DNA from: Hormiphora californensis
Taxonomy: Eukaryota > Animalia > Ctenophora
DNA length: 64,000 nucleotides
Reading direction: 5' to 3'
NCBI GenBank assembly: GCA_020137815.1
Contig: CM035357.1
Span: 1,364,001-1,428,000 of the forward strand
Shown here: piece after piece, positions 55,601-64,000 of the stretch
Position numbering within the stretch: the stretch's first letter is position 1
Layout of the letters: each line of letters begins with the position of its first letter
Notes under the pieces: generated by a model
The model's input: only the letters and a program-made list of their open reading frames with translations
Told to the model about the DNA's origin: nothing
Databases searched by the model: none
Translations under genes and position numbers: made by a program

Positions 55601-58600
55601 AGCACTTTTGTAGCTCATATTATTATAGAAGTAGTAGTACTTGTGTAGTTCATATTGCACAGCTTGTGCGCTCCGTGAGGGTTCGATAGAGCAATGTAGG
55701 ACTAGGACGTACAAACAAACGAATAGGAGTAAACAGCTGCATTGTGGTAACTCACTCAACTCACATAACACATTATGAGTCATTTGAGTCATTTCCCACA
55801 CTGTGGTGTTATGTGAGTTTCTCAAGCGAAACATACACATCTAGCACCACATACATCAGCGAGTTTGAAAAATGAAAAACTCCTAAAAAAGGTAGATTAA
55901 CTAATTAAGCCTGGCAATACAACAAGACATTAGTAATATTCGAGTTACTATCTGATTACAGGTAGTGTCACTGATAAATCTGAGCCGTATTGAAATGTTG
56001 GCGGCATTTGATTCTTTCTACAAGTTACTAAGTGGCGGGGTCTATGGTGTCCTCTACTTTGCAGGTCAGTGTGGGCTGTGAACTACACATTTCTAAAAAC
56101 TTGTACAAGTAAACTGGAAGTGAATGTGAAAGTGCCAACTTGTAATTCTATCGGTGAGAGATATTGAATGTGCACGTTTACAATTTGATAAGGTGTAGGA
56201 TAACTAGACAACTAGTATGACATTTAGTAGAATCAGTTCAAGACAACCAACACTGATACTGTGTTGCCAATTGCCATTGGGCATTGCAACTACTGAATCA
56301 GCAATGACTGCTTGGTATTTATAGGTCGGACATAAATCGAAAGCCGATAGAATAATAGATTGTTTATCCCCATTCCAGTCTACTCACCAACCTAGTTAGT
56401 ACTAAGCACAATCTGGCGTCGGCTCGATTCTTGAAGAAACACTGTTGCTCACGTGATCAGGGGATCTGTGAAACGCCTTTATCAATACCACGTGTGTTTA
56501 AGATACTCAATGATGGCTTTGTGCCTTTATAACACAGATAACTAGTGCTCTGATAGCTTTGTAACAGTCCGACTAGACAGGATTCTTGTCGCTCGTTACA
56601 AAGCTAGCTTCTTGTCACAAGAAGAGGAAAGTAAATGGAGTTTTCCTGTTACGTTCATCACAATTCTCCCAGGTACAACTCAGCCCGCCACGCAGGCTTC
56701 ATTTTGGTGCGCTACGCGCGCCAGTTGTAAGGGTGACTGCGTCACCAATCCCAGGTCATGCTCTCCAACAATTCCTCCTCCCAGGTCACGGGTTTGAGAG
56801 TGGAGGTGTCAACTACCTGGTACCGGTGGATGCTCCTGCAGTGGTCAGTGTCACAGACTGCCTCCGAGCACAACATCTCCTCTACCGAATGCAGTTTAGA
56901 GGAACTAAACTGAACCTCCTTCTACTGGATATGTGTAGGGAGTTCCCTGGGGGTCAGGTTTCATGTGATATCAGACCCGTTCCAACTGTTAGTAATGGTG
57001 CCATCGGTTTCGCATGGTAAGATGAAACAATTTAAAGCCACAACCAATGCAATACTCCCGAACGGCCTATCTGACAGCATAAGTCAATGAACTAGTGCTA
57101 GCCTCCAAGCTTTTGACTGATCCACATCAACTCAAATTTCAAGTCAGATACTAAATCTCATCCTAGCTGATCCACATCATGTTTCCCCTGCAGTGGTCCA
57201 GGTTCCAGAGCATACGGAAGTGAGAGTGACAGGAATGGAATTTATGTGAAATATTTGAAGGAGCATATCAAATCGAACATCACTGTTACGAAACTATTGG
57301 ACACTGTCAACAGAGGTACTACACCTTGTATTGTGTATGTATTCACCCCTTATTTCTTCTTATTTCTTATTTGAACTGTTCGTACTGTCTCCATGCTCCC
57401 TGTGAGTTTTGTTGTATTTTTATTTTCGCCAAACAGTGAGTCAACCACATCTTTTTGTGAGAGATTCGTCCCTACTATTTGGTTAAAATCGGGACAAATA
57501 GTTCAACTATGTATTTCTAAAATATTACTTTCTCTCTAAATCACTATTTCTAAAACCACCACTTTCCCTCTCCAGAGATAGGGCTGAACGAGCCGACTGT
57601 CAGACAGCAGCCCCACTACCAAAGTTCAATAATAGCTGATATCTCACTGGCTGATAGAGTTGATACAACAGGTCATACTGTGGAGTTTCACCACCGATCT
57701 CTCCTGTGGGCTATGGCTAATTGTGAGTAAAAGTGTGTGATCAGTAATTTCCACCGATCATGATTTTAATACTTGTGATGACCACTTTCGTGGGTGATCT
57801 GTCCACGGCCCACCCACGGGTTGTTGAGTTCCCACGAGACCATTGGAATTCATTGTTCACGAACACTAACCCCATGATTATAATAATAGTAACCATAGTA
57901 ACGAATTATAGTAACCCTATGATTATTTCCTAGCACTGGACAGGACAACCGATGAACTGAAACTTCAAAAAGCGGTCCTCTCCGTTACATATACTGCACC
58001 ATTCAGTAATGTTCTGATATGTAAAGTAGACCCCGCACCCAATACCATTATACTTGACCATGTGAGTATAATATAACCACCACCACCACCACCACCACCA
58101 CCACCACCACCACCACCACCACCACCACCACCACCACCCCCCACCCACCACCCCACCCAATACTATTATACTTGACCATGTGAGTATAATAACCACCACC
58201 ACCACCACCACCACCACCACCACCACCACCACCACCACCACCACCACCACCACCACCACCCCCCACCCACCACCCCACCCAATACCATTATACTTGACCA
58301 TGTGAGTATAATAACCACCCCACCCAGCTGTCAGGCCAATGCTCTGACCACTGTTATTTGAGAGAAATGAGAATATTAGGGTCAGGCCAATGCTCTGACA
58401 GCCCCCCACCCCCGATTATATGGGAACAGTATTGTTTAGTCCGGTAGCCCAATAATCATGCGTGATAACTTGGATCATCATGATGATGCATCGCATGACC
58501 ATTCTCAGTTCTATAAGACACGATAAACATTAACACTTATCAACTTTCACAGGATAGTGATATATCGGGTTTGGAGTTGGAACAACTGTCTCCCTCTGAG

Positions 58601-59726
58601 TACGAAATCAGACATATACAGAGGATGGAACAACCGTTTATTGAACTGACCATCATTTACGGGTGAGTGGTGACAAACATGCCTTGCCTTGTTCGACCCT
58701 GTCTCTCCGCGACCTGCGGACCTCATTTACGGGTGAGTGGTGTGGTGACAAACATGCCTTGCCTTGCCTTGTTCGACCCTGTCTCTCCGCGACCTGCGGA
58801 CCTCATTTACGGGTGAGTGGTGTGGTGACAAACATGCCTTGCCTTGCCTTGTTCGACCCTGTCTCTCCGCGACCTGCGGACCTCATTTACGGGTGAGTGG
58901 TGTGGTGACAAACATGCCTTGCCTTGCCTTGTTCGACCCTGTCTCTCACCGGGACCTGCAAATGTCAAAGAGGGTGAGTGGTGTGGTGTGGTTAGGTAGA
59001 TCAAGTGCAGTAGGTGTATAGTCTGATTTTAAATAATTGTCGTTTACGACAGTTGTTTAAAATCCGACTATAGTGGTGAAAAGCTCCTTGTCAGAGAATA
59101 TATATTTGATCACAAACGATACAACTTTTTCCATCGGGCATCGTGTACAGTGTACACTGTACATTGTGTACATTGTACATTGTACACTCACATTTTACCG
59201 TTTCAATAATTGATATGATATCCCTCTCCCTAGATGTGATAGTGGCTCAGTGAGGATTGATCGGCCCCTATTCGCCAAGATTACAGCCAATAGAGCTGCC
59301 TTTGACATGAACCTAAATCTAAGTGGTGGTGGTGGTGGTGGTGGTTCCTCAAGAGCTACTTGTGAGGCTGGACCACCCCACCTGGCAACACGGGCATGCC
59401 CGCCAGGTTTAAACGGACCTGAATCTGGTTTAAACGGACCTGAATCTGGTTGTCATGGACCAGAGTCTGGTTGTCATGGACCAGAATCTGGTTGTCATGG
59501 GGATCCTGAGAAACAAAAGAAGGGAGAGAAGGAAACAGACCACAAACCCGTGATAGGAAAAGAGAATTTAGGTCAGAATGGATCATCAAAAACTCAGGAG
59601 TTGATGTTTGATGAGGTGTCAAGGTTACCAGACTTCCCAACAAATCACAGCACGGATATAGTCTACCCTTTTGTTGGCGTTTATCTTTTCTCACGTCGAG
59701 GTAAATACCTTACTCTCGTTTTTTAA
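49696..59726 (+). CDS. MALT1: Type-1 paracaspase (MALT1-like): death domain, Ig, Ig, caspase-like, Ig-like; 13 exons
   Basis: Exons 49696-49828, 50054-50224 (DD: LSRLPAEHIYKLTQSLTVAPDTRGWRPL..WNVGKLMDTLKKIGNEAAA), 50398-50543, 50632-50728 (Ig1), 54826-55012, 55298-55544 (Ig2, ATDKVALVIGNQSY), 55962-56064, 56785-57016 (YFAG|HG and LLLLDMCR catalytic dyad), 57194-57315, 57576-57722, 57934-58061 (FSNVL), 58553-58662, 59234-59726. All phases are compatible; the 3' end is uncertain. Confidence 0.9.
51112..52130 (-). CDS. Single-pass membrane protein with an LU/three-finger-like Cys ectodomain, nested in MALT1 intron 4 (exons ~51981-52130, ~51614-51861, 51112-~51486)
   Basis: Signal peptide MPLVLCFIVSTFILPVTEA, then IQCYDGC..ECSNSHICN, TM LLYIVIFVGLFLLFMFSLG, juxtamembrane CC and a short tail with EMKPLL. 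Confidence 0.78.
52316..54415 (-). CDS. Rhodopsin-like GPCR nested in MALT1 intron 4, 6 exons; start at 54415 or 54352
   Basis: TM1 LLAVLG|NAVVL; TM2 IAIADMVYG; TM3 CALNINKLAVLMRPF; TM5 FLLGPN; TM6 YIISYAP; TM7 NNSLNPLIY followed by helix 8 SFRKFV. Confidence 0.9.
58036..58320 (+). repeat. Three ~120-bp copies of the MALT1 exon-11 end plus donor, each followed by (ACC)n
   Basis: CCAATACCATTATACTTGACCAT|GTGAGTATAATAACC at ~58039, 58156 and 58279. Confidence 0.92.
58651..58985 (+). repeat. 80-bp minisatellite (~4 copies) carrying the MALT1 exon-12 donor
   Basis: TCATTTACGG|GTGAGTGGTG at ~58653, 58723, 58803 and 58883. Confidence 0.93.
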
Positions 59727-59933
59727 GAAACGCTTTAGTAAGAAACTTTTCAAATGTAGATCACACAATTCAGAGACACCACAACAAAATAGAACACCCC
59801 TAACTTGTTTAGTTTCTTGATAAAGAAGAAATTCTTTTTGTTTTTGGATTGCTTACACCTGTAGTTTCCTAGAAAAAAAGTTTCTTATTTAAAAGTTTCT
59901 TGAAATATGCGAGCTTAATTAACGAGAGTAAGG
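59708..59933. mobile_element. Tc1/mariner-type MITE
   Basis: TIR CCTTACTCTCGTT..AACGAGAGTAAGG flanked by TA on both sides. Confidence 0.75.
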
Positions 59934-60880
59934 TATCTCTATTATAATTTGGAGATGAACGTCGAAGTGGTGGTCGTTCGTTTTTTTTTTTTTTTTTTTT
60001 TTTTTGGGTCACTTAGCCACACGCTGAGCAAACCTCATACCACCCGGGTATGGGTAACTATGGCGCTAAGCTCCCCCCTTTCTCGATTTTGATGAAATGG
60101 GGGGAACCTATGGCATCAGTCATAAAGTCTGTCGAGTTGGGATTGTTCTGGAACAAGGTAACGTTTTGCCTTTGAGAGAGTCTTGAGTTTGGTTTAGTCT
60201 GGAACAAGGTAACATTTTGCCTTTGAGGGTGTTTTGAGTATAGTTTGGTCTGGAACAAGGTAACATTTTGCCTCTGCGTGTAACTTGGAGTTGGTCTGGA
60301 TCGAGGTAACGTTTTGCCTTTGCGAGTGGGTCTGTTGGTGGCGCTATAGCTAGCTAAAAAACAGTAAATAAAAATATAAATCAAATCTCTCAATCGCCAC
60401 ATCCACTTTTCAAACCCAATGCTACATAATATCATTTAAAATGTGTACACAATAGATGGACAGACAATACGGACAGATTGAACTTACAGCATTTTGATGC
60501 ATGATTGGTACCGTGATGTTGTTGATGATGAGATGAGTGGTGTGTCCACTGTCCATTTTCAGTTGAGATAGAGATAAACGAATACGATCAAACACAAATT
60601 TTTTATATTGATATTGTTATCTAATCCTATTTTAACCCCCTTTTAGAGAAAAAAAATCAAACACTAATACGGGATAAGACAGATTGTGACACCACTAGAA
60701 TGTATAATGTTCTAGAAGACAATGCGGACAAGACAGATAAGAACATTTGTTAATTGTTACACGCGATAAGCGACTTAGTGCACCAGAACACAAGGATTGT
60801 CTCTGTAGTGTGGTGTTTAGCAATGTCCGCTATATTGGGAGAGGTGGGTGGGGGAGGGTGGGTGGGGGTGGGGCGGGGGG

Positions 60881-63800
60881 TAATATTGGACAATAATGTA
60901 GCTGTAATTTAGTAGTGAGACCAGGCAAGGCTCGAGAGACAGTTCAGTGGTAACTGGGAGGTCATGTGTGATGGAAATGAGAACTAGAGACAGATTTGAG
61001 TTGCATTTTATTGATGAAAATAGCCCTTTTTGGTGTCTGAGACAAGCAAAAGTGAAACGAAATGCAACGTGACGAACGAGTAATGAATAGAATTCTGCTC
61101 TGTGACTTGTTAGTGCTCCTTTATCAAACACGCAATGGCAAAGTACAAAGTTTCCCCAATTTAATTAAATGCGAAATTCCAAAGTTTTGGTCGATTTTGG
61201 CCAAAATTGCTGCCCTAAACTAACTATTGGACTGTGCGTTGCCGGGGAGACTGCTCGCTGGTGACTGAGAGATCATATGTTCTCAAATATTGGTATTTGA
61301 GGCGGATTTAAGTTGCATTTTAGTGAGGGGAAGAGCTAATATTGGACAATAATGTAGCTGTAATTTAGTAGTGAGACCAGGCAAGGCTCGAGAGACAGTT
61401 CAGTGGTAACTGGGAGGTCATGTGTGATGGAAATGAGAACTAGAGACAGATTTGAGTTGCATTTTATTGATGAAAATAGCCCTTTTTGGTGTCTGAGACA
61501 AGCAAAAGTGAAACGAAATGCAACGTGACGAACGAGTAATGAATAGAATTCTGCTCTGTGACTTGTTAGTGCTCCTTTATCAAACACGCAATGGCAAAGT
61601 ACAAAGTTTCCCCAATTTAATTAAATGCGAAATTCCAAAGTTTTGGTCGATTTTGGCCAAAATTGCTGCCCTAAACTAACTATTGGACTGTGCGTTGCCG
61701 GGGAGACTGCTCGCTGGTGACTGAGAGATCATATGTTCTCAAATATTGGTATTTGAGGCGGATTTAAGTTGCATTTTAGTGAGGGGAAGAGCTAATATTG
61801 GACAATAATGTAGCTGTAATTTAGTAGTGAGACCAGGCAAGGCTCGAGAGACAGTTCAGTGGTAACTGGGAGGTCATGTGTGATGGAAATGAGAACTAGA
61901 GACAGATTTGAGTTGCATTTTATTGATGAAAATAGCCCTTTTTGGTGTCTGAGACAAGCAAAAGTGAAACGAAATGCAACGTGACGAACGAGTAATGAAT
62001 AGAATTCTGCTCTGTGACTTGTTAGTGCTCCTTTATCAAACACGCAATGGCAAAGTACAAAGTTTCCCCAATTTAATTAAATGCGAAATTCCAAAGTTTT
62101 GGTCGATTTTGGCCAAAATTGCTGCCCTAAACTAACTATTGGACTGTGCGTTGCCGGGGAGACTGCTCGCTGGTGACTGAGAGATCATATGTTCTCAAAT
62201 ATTGGTATTTGAGGCGGATTTAAGTTGCATTTTAGTGAGGGGAAGAGCTAATATTGGACAATAATGTAGCTGTAATTTAGTAGTGAGACCAGGCAAGGCT
62301 CGAGAGACAGTTCAGTGGTAACTGGGAGGTCATGTGTGATGGAAATGAGAACTAGAGACAGATTTGAGTTGCATTTCATTGATGAAAATAGCCCTTTTTG
62401 GTGTCTGAGACAAGCAAAAGTGAAACGAAATGCAACGTGACGAACGAGTAATGAATAGAATTCTGCTCTGTGACTTGTTAGTGCTCCTTTATCAAACACG
62501 CAATGGCAAAGTACAAAGTTTCCCCAATTTAATTAAATGCGAAATTCCAAAGTTTTGGTCGATTTTGGCCAAAATTGCTGCCCTAAACTAACTATTGGAC
62601 TGTGCGTTGCCGGGGAGACTGCTCGCTGGTGACTGAGAGATCATATGTTCTCAAATATTGGTATTTGAGGCGGATTTAAGTTGCATTTTAGTGAGGGGAA
62701 GAGCTAATATTGGACAATAATGTAGCTGTAATTTAGTAGTGAGACCAGGCAAGGCTCGAGAGACAGTTCAGTGGTAACTGGGAGGTCATGTGTGATGGAA
62801 ATGAGAACTAGAGACAGATTTGAGTTGCATTTTATTGATGAAAATAGCCCTTTTTGGTGTCTGAGACAAGCAAAAGTGAAACGAAATGCAACGTGACGAA
62901 CGAGTAATGAATAGAATTCTGCTCTGTGACTTGTTAGTGCTCCTTTATCAAACACGCAATGGCAAAGTACAAAGTTTCCCCAATTTAATTAAATGCGAAA
63001 TTCCAAAGTTTTGGTCGATTTTGGCCAAAATTGCTGCCCTAAACTAACTATTGGACTGTGCGTTGCCGGGGAGACTGCTCGCTGGTGACTGAGAGATCAT
63101 ATGTTCTCAAATATTGGTATTTGAGGCGGATTTAAGTTGCATTTTAGTGAGGGGAAGAGCTAATATTGGACAATAATGTAGCTGTAATTTAGTAGTGAGA
63201 CCAGGCAAGGCTCGAGAGACAGTTCAGTGGTAACTGGGAGGTCATGTGTGATGGAAATGAGAACTAGAGACAGATTTGAGTTGCATTTTATTGATGAAAA
63301 TAGCCCTTTTTGGTGTCTGAGACAAGCAAAAGTGAAACGAAATGCAACGTGACGAACGAGTAATGAATAGAATTCTGCTCTGTGACTTGTTAGTGCTCCT
63401 TTATCAAACACGCAATGGCAAAGTACAAAGTTTCCCCAATTTAATTAAATGCGAAATTCCAAAGTTTTGGTCGATTTTGGCCAAAATTGCTGCCCTAAAC
63501 TAACTATTGGACTGTGCGTTGCCGGGGAGACTGCTCGCTGGTGACTGAGAGATCATATGTTCTCAAATATTGGTATTTGAGGCGGATTTAAGTTGCATTT
63601 TAGTGAGGGGAAGAGCTAATATTGGACAATAATGTAGCTGTAATTTAGTAGTGAGACCAGGCAAGGCTCGAGAGACAGTTCAGTGGTAACTGGGAGGTCA
63701 TGTGTGATGGAAATGAGAACTAGAGACAGATTTGAGTTGCATTTTATTGATGAAAATAGCCCTTTTTGGTGTCTGAGACAAGCAAAAGTGAAACGAAATG

Positions 63801-64000
63801 CAACGTGACGAACGAGTAATGAATAGAATTCTGCTCTGTGACTTGTTAGTGCTCCTTTATCAAACACGCAATGGCAAAGTACAAAGTTTCCCCAATTTAA
63901 TTAAATGCGAAATTCCAAAGTTTTGGTCGATTTTGGCCAAAATTGCTGCCCTAAACTAACTATTGGACTGTGCGTTGCCGGGGAGACTGCTCGCTGGTGA
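60881..64000. repeat. 456-bp tandem satellite, ~6.8 near-identical copies, continuing past the window end
   Basis: An essentially identical 83-aa spurious ORF recurs every 456 bp (61336, 61792, 62248, ...); I noticed only one substitution (~62377). Confidence 0.97.

Noticed and set aside
60881-64000. 456-bp unit as an SL-RNA/5S/snRNA gene array or an 83-aa protein repeat
   Set aside because: No leader ending TTTGAG followed by a GT donor and no 5S or U-snRNA motifs recognised; the ORF starts at GTG and resembles no family. An Rfam scan would be decisive.

Overview
Intron-rich, microsatellite- and MITE-rich animal genomic DNA. My best inference is a ctenophore (Pleurobrachia-like), from recalled similarity of the 109-bp MITE and the GPCR style; this is not verified. 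I spliced seven genes by eye: (1) TraB-domain gene (+, 1148-3648); (2) a ~29-kb DUF4062-NACHT-TPR STAND gene (-, ~34804-6048) with two paralogous alternative 3' exons; (3) a GPI-anchored Ig-like/Cys-repeat/LU-like surface protein (-, 42946-39237); (4) a rhodopsin-type GPCR (-, 46929-43733); (5) a full type-1 paracaspase/MALT1 (DD-Ig-Ig-caspase-like-Ig; +, 49696-~59726); and, nested antisense in one 4.1-kb intron of the paracaspase, (6) a second GPCR and (7) an LU-like single-pass membrane protein only 185 bp apart. Mobile DNA: ~18 copies of a 109-bp hAT MITE, Tc1/mariner MITEs, a 1.34-kb Chapaev-like palindrome, a Helentron-like element carrying a nested hAT MITE, and a family of ~50-75-bp micro-elements with 8-bp TSDs. 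A homogeneous 456-bp satellite ends the window. The strongest unexplained pattern is that tandem duplications and MITE insertions repeatedly sit on exon-intron junctions, producing arrays of splice-site copies. Roughly 25.4-29.2 kb and 30.7-30.9 kb look like low-quality sequence.
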